DNA from: Octopus sinensis
Lineage: Eukaryota
Assembly (NCBI RefSeq): GCF_006345805.1
Contig: NW_021833963.1
Location: forward strand, 1-53,525
DNA: 53,525 bases
Direction of reading: 5' to 3'
Shown here: positions 26,445-39,222 of the stretch, in pieces
Layout of the letters: every line of letters starts with the position of its first letter
Numbering within the stretch: position 1 is the stretch's first letter
Position numbers and translations under genes: made by a program
Notes under the pieces: generated by a model
Told to the model about the DNA's origin: nothing
Seen by the model: only the letters and a program-made list of their open reading frames with translations
Databases searched by the model: none

Positions 26445-26688
26445 CTCATTAGGGCATTTAGCTCAGGATTGTAAGGTCGTGAGGTCGTGAGTTCAATTCC
26501 TGGCGACGCGTTGTGCCATTGAGCAAGACACTTTATTTCACGTTGCTCCAGATCACTCAGCTGGCAAAAATGAGTAGTACCTGTATTTCAAAGGGCCAGT
26601 CTTGTCACACACTGTGTCACGCTGAATCTCCCTGAGAACTACGTTAAGGGTACACGTGTCTGTAAAGTGCTCAGCCACTTGCACGTGT
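26445..26688 (+). mobile_element. Family R SINE (body 1 plus tail D)
   Basis: Body as in 20824; tail GTACCTGTATTTCAAAGGGCC...CTCAGCCACTT as in 48760-48870. Confidence 0.82.
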
Positions 26689-27147
26689 AAATATCGACAG
26701 TTTGCAGTGAACGGACATGGTAAAAACAATATAATTGTCAGAACGTGGTATGAGTAAAATCAGAAAATATATATAATATGGATTAATTTCTGAAGGCATT
26801 TAAAAAATAATTAAAAGTTGATTTAAATTGTATAGCTAACTTAAGGAAGTGCTAATGTGCAACTATCGGCGGTTTTCCGTAAATGGGCATTGTAAAAATT
26901 GTTGTATAAGACGAAATGAAAGTAGCATAACTATGTCATCAAGAGTAATATCCCTTGAAGCAACGATCGTTGGTGTTTGTTATTTACCTATGAGAATGTG
27001 TTTTCGTTCCCTAGGGGCGGCATTACTCATTATGTGGAAAATTTAAAGTGTCTATGACCATCCCTGGAACATAAGTGATGTATGTTCTCAGCGTGAACGA
27101 AATCGGTTGAAAAATATTGATTTTATAAGGGAACAAGAAAAAGGCCT

Positions 27148-27186
<39 letters not shown>

Positions 27187-27808
27187 CACACACATACACA
27201 CGCACACGAACATCTTCCGTTTTATTATATAATATATATATATATATATTATATATATATAATATATAAAATCCCGCTAAGCTTCCAAAATTTTACCGAT
27301 ATTTCTGCTTTATTGCAACAATGTGTCTGGACAACAAAATTCCAAATTCTCTAAGTTTCCAGTTGGCACTATTCTTTTTTAAATATATCTATACCTAATG
27401 ATTAAAAAGTGACTGAGGGTAAATTAGATGTACTCGCATTATTATTAGTAGTACTGGATGATGTATTTTCCCGTTCTCTGGTCACCATTATCTGATTCAG
27501 TTCTTCTATGTTGAAGTATCTTCAAGTTTTTAGATATAATAGTTAATTTTGGTTATAAAATAGGCCGATACTAGTTAATACAATGGTGTGAACAAGCCAG
27601 ATGACGTTGTATTTGTTTGTTTGCATTTGAATCTAAGTGTAAGTTATAATGAATATTATATGTGTAGGCGGATATATACATATATATATATATACATACA
27701 TACATACATATATATATATATATACATACATACATATATATATACATACATACATACATAATATATACATACATACATACATATATACATACATACATAT
27801 ATACATAC

Positions 27809-27866
<58 letters not shown>

Positions 27867-27889
27867 ATACTATATATATATATATATAT

Positions 27890-27930
<41 letters not shown>

Positions 27931-29264
27931 GACAGATGGATAGTTATATAAATACATATAGATGTAGATATAAATATATACGTATATGAATGCATATGCA
28001 TATATACATATATATATATATACATATATACATGCATTTATATATTCATATATATATATGTGTGTATATACGTATATGCATATATACATACATATATATG
28101 TGTATATGCATATATATATATATATATATCTTTATATATCTTTATATATCTTTATATATATATATATATAGAGAGATATATATATGTATGTATGTATGTA
28201 TATATGTATGTATGTATACAGTATTAACTTTTCAGGATGGTTGGCCTGGATAGAATGTATCTTTAATTCCACGCCAATAATTCTAAACCAACTATGAATA
28301 TATATATAACGCAATTTCATAGTAGACTAAAACTACCACACAACATAAATATATTGATGAAAACACAAAATAAATATACAAATAAGCAAATATACATGAT
28401 AACCTCCAGTTTTTCAGAAGCTGTACTTAATAATACTATTGCAAACTATTTGATACTAATGAAGCGTAAATTACTGCTAATTCAATGTTGTGTTTTTTTT
28501 CAATCATTGATTCTTTTTTCGTTTATTTTCGGATGCTTGGTTTTTTATATACCTTTAGGCTCTATGATAGTATTTCGAAAAGATATATTGTATATTATTC
28601 ATTTAGATTAACTTACTGGTCACCGTTGGTCAGATTTCGTATCCAGCCAATGGCTATACACAAAAATTGTATACAAACGGCTATACAAAAAAGTGTCCTG
28701 GTTTAAGAATGATTCGGGAGCATCAGCTTATTTAGATTGTGCTGTTGCTCGATTTTCCGAGCTTGATCTTGTTTGTGTATCGTGTTCTTTTCTCTGTAGA
28801 GCTGGTTGGGGTAACAGTCCGTTTTGGGTAGCCACATGCCAAATATTCACGGCGTATAGGGAAGTATTTCGTGAAAATGGGAACTAAATGTCACACTGTT
28901 CGGAAGTAAGTGCTCCAGGACAAAATATCATTTAAAATAAAATATTAAACTCACTCTGAACAGTATATAACTCAATAGACATGTAATTGGAGAGTCGGTG
29001 CTCAACAAAATGCATAAACACATGACAGAAGTCAGAGCAATGCTGTTAAGATCCCTATTTCAGAGCCATCTTACCCAATATGATAGAAATTTCATCTGAA
29101 TGTAGAAGCACACAAAGACCTCTTCTCACTTGCACACTAAAAAAAAGTCTGGTTGTGGTTGTATTTTGCCGTTATTTTTCTAACTGTTAGTCTTAAGGTA
29201 ACTTTCATTGAATAATTCAATCCTCAAAGTGGTTCTTTCCATAACCATTAAACAACGAAATGAA

Positions 29265-29915
29265 GTGGCGAACTGGCAGAATCGTTAGTACTCAGGGAAA
29301 AATGCTTAGAGGCATTTCGTCCGTCCATGCCTTCTGGTTTCAAAATCCACCGAGGTCAACTTTGCCTTTCGTTCTCTCGGGCTCGATAAAATAAGTACCA
29401 GGTGAATACTTGGGTCAATGTAATCGACTTATCTCCTCCCCACACAATTCCTGGCCCCGTGACAAAATTTGAAACCAATATTAAATAATGCAATAAGGCG
29501 ACGTGCTGGCAGAATCGTTAGCACGCCGGACAAAATGCTTAGCGACATTTCTTCCGACTTTACATCCTGAGTTCAGATCCCACCGAGAATGATTTTGCCT
29601 TTCTTCCTTTCGGGGTCGATAAAATAAGTACCAGTTGATGTAATTCACTAGCTACATCCCCACCAATTTTAGGCCCTGAGCCTATAGCAGAAACAATGTC
29701 ATAAGACGGCGAGGTGGTAGAAGCGCTAGCATGCCGGACAAGATGGTTAGCGTCATTTTGTTCGTCTCTACGTTCAGAGAACAAATTCCACTTAAGTTGA
29801 CTTCGCTTTTCATCCTTTCGAGATCCATAAAATAAATACCAGCTAAGCACCGAGGTCGATGACATCGACTTACTCTTCTCTCTAAATTACTGGCCGTGTG
29901 CCAATATTTGAAACC
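29265..29915 (+). mobile_element. Three older family M SINE monomers in tandem
   Basis: Three head-plus-core units starting near 29265, 29497 and 29707. Confidence 0.82.
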
Positions 29916-30249
29916 GAGGAATATTACAATCCGTTGCAGCTTTCTTTTTTTCTTAAAATAGGAAGGTGTGGTTTGAGGGAAATTTGGATACTATTTCGAG
30001 GAGATTAATATATCATGTCAAAGCCTTCTTTATTTAAACATGACATTTAAACCTGTCCTCTAAAATTACCCAGCAGACAAGTTTTGTTTTGGTGTATTTT
30101 TTCTCTTTCTGTGCTATACATGTTTCATAGTCGTTGCCAACAATGGACCTTCACGCTAAAGCCTTAAAACGATGCTTTTTTTTACTGAGAAAATTACAGC
30201 AGTGGTTTCATGTTGCCTTCTGTGGATTTAATTACAGTTTAATCCACTA

Positions 30250-30730
30250 GTATACTGCTCTCTCCAGATCACTCTGGAAGTGTAGAGCCTAATTTATTCA
30301 TATGCAAGAGGGCTGGTTCATATGATATCAGGATATGTTCATATGCTGGTGCGCTTGTTTAGAGGCCACCTTTCTTCTGAGTCATGTATGCCTTAGCAAT
30401 AGGCCCATCTTTCTATGTTTCACCCGTAACTGGGCCAGTATGTACCTGGAATACTGCTGACTAAGAGGTAAATAAATCCATATTCCCCAAAGATCATCTG
30501 TTCCTATGCTAGAAACTTACTAAGGAAGGGCGTTCAGTGTCTTACCCAGGAGAAGAAGAAGATATTATTATCTACGGTTTGGCAGTGAGTGCCTTAGGAA
30601 GCACACTCTCCCTGATGACCTCCCATGCACACTTGAAAGCAACTGGACTGATGTGCCTCAAAGAAGACCTGGATATAAAACGCTCAGGAAGCCAAAAATA
30701 CTAGGCCTATGTATATTTGAAGAATACACT
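30250..30730 (+). mobile_element. Possible decayed RTE-like LINE fragment
   Basis: Only faint peptide resemblances (VRLFR, LRFGSECLR) with frameshifts. Confidence 0.25.
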
Positions 30731-31998
30731 AATATCGGTTTAAAATTTTAGCACAAGGCCAGCAATTTCGAGGGATTGGGTAAGCGGATTTTATCGATCT
30801 CAGTGCTCAACTGGTACTTATTTTACTGATTCCGAAGGGTCAAAGGCAAAGCCGATCTCGGTGGCATTTAAACACAGAACCTAAAGACGGACGAAATGCC
30901 GCTAAGCAATTTGCTCGGGGTGAGAAAAAGGCGATATTTGTTGTCACGGATCCCTTAGCTTAACGGTACAGAGCGCTCAGCTGGAATTTCTGAGGTGGCC
31001 ACTGTTTTCCGTTTTCGCCGTTTTCACAGCCATCCTGAGTTCGAGATTCCCTTTATTTTTTTGTAGAACCCCTCCACACTCGGCGTTTATAAGTTTGTTT
31101 GAAAGGGATGAAAGCAACGTCAACCTTGGAAGAATTTGAACTCAGAATGTACGGGCGAAATGCCGTTAAGAATTTTGCCCAGTGACTTCACAATTCTTAT
31201 TTCTTTACTGCCAACAAGGGGCTACACACACGTGTGAGTGTATGCGTGTGTGTGCGTGCGTGTGTGTGTGTCTGTGTGTGTGTGCATGCGTGTACATATA
31301 TACACGAGCTTCCGCACAGTTTCCGTCTACCAGATACACTCACAAGTCTTTATTTTGCTGACTATACTAGAAGATAATTACTCAAGGTACTGCGCAGTGA
31401 GACCGAACCCGAGAGCAAGCGCTGGCAAAGCAAGCCAGTTAACCACACTGACATGCCTGTAATTATCTAAGCAAAAGCTAAAAGGAAGAATTACGAATTT
31501 CTAATATCACTTAAGTTTCTACAAATACAAATACAATGCAAGCACACACACAAATACAATGCTACTGAATCAGAAGCAATTTTGCTACAATATTTAATTC
31601 GAGATGATATTAGTGTAAAAAATCTCAAAATGAGTGACTCATTCAGTTGGTTGCAATATTAATCGAAGTGTCGTTTATACACGTTTGACGGCGCTTGATT
31701 TGACACCGATATTTTTTTTCCACGGAGAAGAGGTCGGATAAGATGTGTGACTATAAAATAAACGATTGAGACAACCGCAACAAATATGAATTATTAACAT
31801 TCCACCAGTGAACAACAAGAATTTATTTACGTAGGTTATTGTAGTTTCAATGCGACAAACAAGGAAGACGGCAAGTACGCTGGTACTTGTTAAATATATA
31901 TCATTGTCATTATTCTCTGTTTTAAGTAAGATTGTTAGCTCGAATGTAATAAACCAGTTAGTAAAATACAGAGTGAATTACTATCATTGTTTAAGAAT

Positions 31999-32408
31999 CT
32001 TTTATCTTTTACTTGTTTCAGTCATTTGACTGCGGCCATGCTGGAGCTCTGCCTTTAGTCGATCAAATCGACTCCAGGACTTATTCTTTGCAAGCCTAGT
32101 ACTTATTTTATCGGTTTCTTTTTGCCGAACCGCTAAGTTACGGGGACGTATACACAACACCATCGGTTGTCAAGCGATGTTGGGGGGGGGGACAAACACA
32201 GACACACAAACACGCACATACACACACATATATATATATATACATATATACGACGGGCTTCTTTCGGTTTCCGTCTACCAAATCCACTCACAAGGCTTTG
32301 GTCGGCCCGAGGCTATAGTAGAAGACACTTGCCCAAGGTGTCACGCAGTGGGTCTGAACCCGGAACCATGTGGTTGGTAAGCAAGCTCCTTACCACACAG
32401 CCACTCCA
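31999..32408 (-). mobile_element. Family C SINE, full length
   Basis: Same structure as 15580-16002; flanked by a ~66-bp direct repeat. Confidence 0.9.
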
Positions 32409-32969
32409 GGTTGTTAGCTCGAATGTAATAAACCAGTGAGTAAAATATAGAGTCACTTCTATTATTGTTTAACAATGTTAACTTTGAATCGTCTTTTTAA
32501 TACGTAGTTAATATCTTTTGTATTTAATATCTGTAATTCTAATGTTATTCGTAGAAAAATTGTAGAAATGAAAGAAACTTTAAAAAATTCTAGCTAAATC
32601 CGTCCAAAGTAATATGCCAAAAATCCTATTGCGGAGAAGATTAAATTTTTAATGATGCTTTTTGTTTTAACATATATATTTCGATATATATTATTTGGTC
32701 TATCTTTCCTTTTAATTATTTACATATCTTTGTTTTTATATTGAATTATTATGGGATTTATGAATATTTAAATATTCATATTAAAAGCCTCTTAAACGTA
32801 TTCCATTTAATAAATAGATATTCTTATCTTTTTCTTGACTTTAAACTTTGTTTGGGCTGCATCAAAAAACGATGCTCCACCTTCAACTACAAATGCGACG
32901 CAAAACAGTTTGTTTACTAAATAAAAGCATGTCTCATATTTAAAAATTATCAACAAATGAATCACATAT

Positions 32970-33835
32970 TTCCGGGTTCAGTCCCACTGCGTGGCACCTT
33001 GTGCAACTGGATTCTACTATAGCCTCGGGTCGACCAAAGCCTTGTGAGTCGATAGACAGAAACCGAAAGGCGGCGAGCTGGCAGAATCGTTAGCACGCCG
33101 GACGAAATGCTTAGTGGTATTTCGTCCGTCGATAGGTTCTGAGTTCAAACCCCGCCGAGGTCGACTTTGCCTTTTATCCTTTCGGGGTCGATAAATTAAG
33201 TACCAGTTACGCACTGGGGTCGATGCAATCGACTTAATACCTTTGTCTGTCCTTGTTTGTTCTCTCTGTATTTAGCCCCTTGTGGGTAATAAAGAAATAG
33301 GTATTTTGTCTGCTGTTACGTTCTGAGTTCAAATTCCGCCGAGGTTGACTTTGCCTTTCATCCTTTCGGGGTCGATAAATTAAGTACCAGTTAAGCACTG
33401 GGGTCGATGTAATCGACTTAATCCGTTTGTCTGTCCTTGTTTGTCCTCTCTGTGTTTAGCCCCTTGTGGGTAATAAAGAAATAGGTATTTCGTCTGCCGC
33501 TACGTTCTGAGTTCAAATTCCGCCGAGGTCGACTTTGCCTTTCATCCTTTGTGGGGTCGATTAAATAAGTACCAGTTACGCACTGTCCTTGTTTGTCCCT
33601 TCTACGTGTAGCCCCTTGTGGGCAGTAAAGAAATAAGAATTGTGAAGTCACTGGGCAAAATTCTTAACGGAATTTCGCCCGTACATTCTGAGTTCAAATT
33701 CTGCCAAGGTTGACTTTGTTTTCATCCCTTTCAAAATAGACAAAAAAATAAAATACCATTGGATTACTAGTGTTGAGGTAATCTATTACGCCAAACCTAA
33801 AATTGCAGGGCCTTGTGTCAAAACTTGAAATCAAT
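32970..33835 (+). mobile_element. Family C 5' fragment followed by a family M trimer and an older M copy
   Basis: M array starts at ~33068; junctions at 33299/33300 and 33483/33484 (184-bp period). Confidence 0.88.
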
Positions 33836-34317
33836 ATTTATGCGTTATTTTTTTAAGAAAAATATGCTAGTTCCAGACTCTTAAAATATGTTAGTTCCAG
33901 ACTCTTAAATGACAGATGTCTCACTTTTATGCGATACATTGTATTTGTATTATAATTCTTTTACCTCAGTCAAAAGTAAAATAGAAAAATGAAAAAAAAA
34001 TTGATATAACAATAATTGTATGTGATTTATCAATAATTTGTTTTCTGACAGTAAACATCATTTAGTTATTAATTAGTTATTAACGCCATTGACCCATGCA
34101 TGACCAATGCCGTTGTTTTCGTTCATTAACACAGGTCAATTTTGAATACTGTTTTGCAATTATTTCAAGACCTGGAGGCAGCTACCAGTTGACTATACGA
34201 CATCTTTTTTTTATACTCTGTTTATATACAGCTTTGAAGAGTATGTTAATTTGTCTATGGAAAGACCACTAAAATTACTCGCTAGAAATGCAATGTTCTA
34301 CGAATGTTAATATGTAG

Positions 34318-34800
<483 letters not shown>

Positions 34801-34848
34801 GTGTATGTATGTATGTATGTGTGTATGTATGTGCGCACACATAACGAA

Positions 34849-35187
34849 ACACAACTTGTGATCGGTGGAATCAATTGAAGCCCAGCAAAAGTCACCAGTG
34901 GTGTCCCTCAGGGGACTGTCTTGGGCTCGCGTCTCTTTATAGTCTATAAAGAGTATCATAAACACAGGTGATGCCATCACCTTTACACGGAATCAGGACA
35001 AATTTTTTCGAGGAAACCCAGATAAGCTACCTATACCTGGATACAGCTCACTCGACAAGAATTCCCTATCGAATGGACCATGATACCACAAAACTTGACT
35101 TTAAAAGGATTTAGTTAATCCTATCCAGTGGTGCTATTAAGTTAGATATGGCTTGGACCAATCTTTGGTCGAAGTATATCTAAGTTT
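34849..35187 (+). mobile_element. Internally deleted CR1/L2-group LINE remnant
   Basis: VTSGVPQGTVLGSRLFIVY joined to the C-terminal and 3' UTR segment homologous to 37148-37440. Confidence 0.8.
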
Positions 35188-35204
35188 ATATATATATATA
35201 TAGA

Positions 35205-35373
35205 CGCATGAGTGGCTGTGTGGTAAGTAGCTTGCTTACCAACCACATAGTTTCGGGTTCAGTCCCACTGCGTGGCATCTTGGGCAAGTGTCTTCTGCTA
35301 TAGCCTCGGGCCGACCAAAGCCTTGTGAGTGGATTTGGTAGACAGAAACTGAAAGAAGCCTGTCGTATATATG

Positions 35374-35410
<37 letters not shown>

Positions 35411-35610
35411 ATATATGTTTGTCCCCCCCAACATCGCTTGATGACCGATGCTGGTGTGTTTACGTCCCCGTCGCTTAGCGGTTCGGCAAAAGAGACCGAT
35501 AGAATAAGCACTGGGCTTACAAAGAATAAGTCCCGGGGTCGATATGCTCGACTAAAGGCGGTGCTCCAGCATGGCCGCAGTCAAATGACTGAAACAAGTA
35601 AAAAGAGAAA
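35205..35610 (+). mobile_element. Family C SINE, full length
   Basis: Same structure as 34318-34800. Confidence 0.92.
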
Positions 35611-35618
35611 AAAAGAGA

Positions 35619-35650
<32 letters not shown>

Positions 35651-35764
35651 TTGATCCTTCCAACACTGAAGGATCAATAAGTGACGTCGCTGGGAATGAG
35701 TGGCGGCCGGCAAGCCACTGATCCCTGTACACGTAACATTTCTGACATCTCTCGCAACGGATAC

Positions 35765-35832
35765 ACGAATCGAACACACGACCTTACGATCATGAGCCGA
35801 ATACCCCTAACCAATAAGCCACGCGCCTTCAC
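35765..35832 (-). mobile_element. Family R tRNA-like head
   Basis: GAAGGCGCGTGGCTTATTGGTTAGG...GTGTTCGATTC. Confidence 0.75.
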
Positions 35833-36033
35833 ATTAGTATTTATAGTAAAGAACTTATTCAAAAAAGGACATTCAGACACTACAACAAGTATAGACAACT
35901 AGATACTTTGTTTCTCAATCAACCTTACATTACGAACATGATATCACACTCGAGACAAGTCTAACGGCGATGTTCTCGAACTACGCACTTAGACAAATAA
36001 CCATGAAACAAACTCAATAATACAAGATATATT

Positions 36034-36604
36034 CTTTTCTACTCTAGGCACAGGGACCGAAATTTTGTGGGAAAGAGCCAGTCGATCAGACGGACGCCAG
36101 CACGCAACTGGTACTTAATTTATCGACCCCGAAAGGATGAAATGCAATGTCGACCTCGGCGGAATTTGAAATCAAAAGAGTAATGACGGACGAAATACCT
36201 ATTTCTTTACTACCCACAAGGGACTAAACACAGATGAGACAAACAAGGAGAGACAGACGGATTAAGTCGATTACATCGACCCCAATGCGTAACTGGTACT
36301 TATTTAATCGAACCTGAAAGGATGAAAGGCAAAGTCGACCTCGGCGGAATTTAAACTCAGAACGTAACGGTAGACGAAATATCTATTTCTTTATTGCCCA
36401 CAAGGGTCTAAACACAGAAGAGACAAACAAGCGGATTATGTCGATTATATCGACCACAGTGCGTAACTGGTACTTATTTAATCGACCCCGAAAGGATGAA
36501 AGGCAAAGTCGACCTCCGCGGAATTTGAACTCACAACGTAACGCAGACGAAATACCGCTAAGCATTTCGCCCGGCGTGCTAACGTTTCTGCCAGCTCGCC
36601 GCCT
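36034..36604 (-). mobile_element. Family M SINE trimer
   Basis: Junctions near 36200 and 36384 (184-bp period). Confidence 0.9.
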
Positions 36605-37107
36605 TAACAATACGAAATACATTAACCAAATAAGTTGCTTGCCAAAAGTAAAACAATAAAAAAAAATAATAAAATAAAACAAAAAGAAAATAAAAATAGA
36701 AACAGAATAATAAAATACACAGAAATTAAAGTAAAAAATGGAAATACGATTAGATTGAATTAAAAGAAAAGTATGTACATAAATATACATACATATATAT
36801 ATATATATAGATATATATATATAATAATATATATATATACATTTATAATTAAAGAAATAAATAATTTTTAACTACAACGACACTAAAAATCCATTATAAT
36901 TAACGGCTAACGAGCTCGTAACTTGGGAACAAATCAATTACATTTAATTATAGAATAAATGAATATATTTGCAGTTTAAATATACACTTACAAACAATAA
37001 ACATTGAACAATTCTGGAACAAAATTACTACTGAAGTAGTAACATCTATAACGAAACCCCACAGGTTGCAGAGAAATTAGCAGAAACGACATCCAGGCAT
37101 TAACTTT

Positions 37108-37147
<40 letters not shown>

Positions 37148-37151
<4 letters not shown>

Positions 37152-37440
37152 TAGATAAACTTAGATGTGTTTCGACCAAAGATTGGTCCAGGTCATGTCT
37201 AACTTAACAGCACCACCTGATAGGATTATTCGAATCCTGTTTAAGTCAAGTTTTGTTTAAGTCAAGTTTTGTTTAAGTCAAGTTTCGTTCAAGTAGTGAG
37301 TTCTTGCTGGGTGAGTTGTATCCAATTATGGGTGGCTTATCTGGTATTCTTTGAAGGAATCTATCCAGACTCCGTTTAAAGTTGATGGGATCCTTTTCCT
37401 CTTTGATCTCCCTCGAGACAAGGTTAAATAGGGCAGGGCC
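37148..37440 (-). mobile_element. 3' end of a CR1/L2-group LINE (second family)
   Basis: Translates GPALFNLVSREIKEEKDPINFKRSLDRFLQRIPDKP...KNSLLE; hairpin GACCAA-TCT-TTGGTC; (ATCTAAGTTT)2 terminus; internal 16-bp x3 repeat. Confidence 0.82.
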
Positions 37441-37574
37441 TGTTGAGGAAAAGAAATTATGTTGCAGTGTACATGTGCGAGGAAAAGAAATTATGTTGCA
37501 GTGTACATATATATATATATATTTCGAACCTGGGTTCTCATTCCTGAGGTATTTTTCAATGTTGTTGTTGTTGT

Positions 37575-38955
37575 TTGATTGATTGATTGATTGATTCCAG
37601 TTTCAGCTCATGAGCTGTGGCCATGCTGGGGCACCGCCATTTGGTGTTGCTACTTGGTTTCACTTCATGGAGGCTTTCTAGCAACTGCTATTTGGTGCAT
37701 GAGAGAGTTCGATGCAGCTGCCCTCATCTGCTCCTCCTGCCGTGAAGTTGGTTCATCTGGGACACCTGACAGGAAGAGATCCAGCTCCATTTTAAAGACA
37801 TCTGTATCCACCCCATGCAGGTCTCTCAGGTCATCGGGAGGATATTGAAGAGCTGTGGGCCTCGGAAGCCCAGGCTACCACAGAATCTGGTCCTACATCT
37901 TGATGGCAAGTTTGGAGTCCTAGGCACCACGCAGTGGCGCCCAGTTCTGGCGTTGCGTAACTCTCGATGCCAAAGTTCAGGACACTTCCCTCCAGGATCT
38001 TCCAGATGTATATTATGGCATATCTTTCCCGCCTACGCTCCAGGGAAATAATTTTAATCTCTTGAGTCTTTCCCAGTAGCTACATTCTGCATAGAGGCTA
38101 TCTTCTTCGTGTAGCTTCGTTGGATCGCCTCAAGTTCTGTGATCAACTTGACACTGGATGGTGACCATAGCTGAGAGCAATAGTCAAAGTGACTTAGGAC
38201 AAGTGTCTTCCAGAGGACCATCATGGTTTTGTTTCTTGTTCTAAAGGTTCTAAGAATCCATCCAGCCAGCCGTCTGCATTTCACTGTCAGTTTAGCAACA
38301 TGTACATGAAAGGTCGCGTCATCACTCATGTGAATACCCAGGTCACGCACTGATTGTGCCTCTGGGATTGCAATCCCTCCGGGTCCAGTGTATTCCTTGG
38401 GTATTGCATTCAGTTTTGCATGCTGATAGTATAAAGCTTGAAACTTTCAGCATTGAACTGCATGCTATTCTTTTCAGCCCACTTGTATATTTCGTCCAGC
38501 TCATATTGCAGGTGCCTAGTGTCTTCAGGGTTCTGTATTGCCTGTGAAACTTTTGTATCATCTGCATAACTTGTGATCGTGGCTCTCCGCGTGGCTGAGG
38601 GCATGTCTGAGAGGGCCATTATGAACAGTAGTGGTCCCAAAACAGTGCCCTGTGGAACACCGCTCACTATTTGCGTGCTAATGGAAGTGGCCCCATTGGC
38701 TACTACCACCTGACTTCTATTCTTCAGAAAGTCGTGAAGCCATTCTCCTAGTTTTCCAACTATGCCAAGATCACGCAGTTTGTGACATATCATTCCATGA
38801 TCGACTTTATCGAAGGCCTTTGCGAAGTCGAGATATATGACTTCCACATTTGAGTGGTTGAGCAGTTGTTTCAGCACCCAGTCATAGTGCTGCAGGAGCT
38901 GAGTTAAGCAGCTTCTTCCTGGTCGGAAACCATGTTGGGTGTCAGGCAGCCAACC
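37575..38955 (-). mobile_element. 5'-truncated CR1/L2-group LINE with a frameshifted reverse transcriptase
   Basis: QHGFRPGRSC, YLDFAKAFDKVDH, SGVPQGTVLGPLLF, YADDTK, RDLGI, DYCSQLWSP, GPQLFNILP; ends in (AATC)n. Confidence 0.95.
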
Positions 38956-38958
38956 TTG

Positions 38959-39037
<79 letters not shown>

Positions 39038-39050
39038 GTTATCGTTATTG

Positions 39051-39120
39051 TTCAGGTCACTGCTTAGAATCGAACTCGGAATCTTGGGGTTAGTAGCCTG
39101 TGCACTTAACCACTACACCA
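39051..39120 (-). mobile_element. tRNA-derived Pol III head (not a functional tRNA)
   Basis: A box TGGTGTAGTGGTTAAG, B box GAGTTCGATTC; no intact acceptor stem. Confidence 0.75.
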
Positions 39121-39176
39121 TAATAATATCGAAAAATACCTTGGGAATGAGAACCCAGGTTCAAAATTTCATCCAA

Positions 39177-39222
39177 GACACCTGGTGAAGGCTGGAGGGT
39201 ATATCAGCCGAAACGTTGTGTT
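39177..39222 (+). ncRNA. Minimal type I hammerhead ribozyme motif with one core substitution, inside a short element (39122-39307)
   Basis: GACAC-CTGGTGA-A-GGCTG-loop-CAGCC-GAAA-CG-TT-GTGTT: stems I and II pair; palindromic AACGTT replaces stem III. Confidence 0.72.

Noticed and set aside
28693-28887. Possible host exon after TTTTCTCTGTAG
   Set aside because: No recognisable product or partner exon; it cannot be supported without RNA-seq. Small exons elsewhere cannot be excluded.
30612-30645. CTGATGA...GAAA motif
   Set aside because: No stem II pairing.
33859-33906. 24-bp tandem duplication
   Set aside because: An ordinary slippage duplication with no further structure.
37160-37205. Hammerhead-like stem plus GAAA (also at 35140-35185)
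   Set aside because: It lacks CTGANGA and is better explained as the LINE 3' recognition hairpin.
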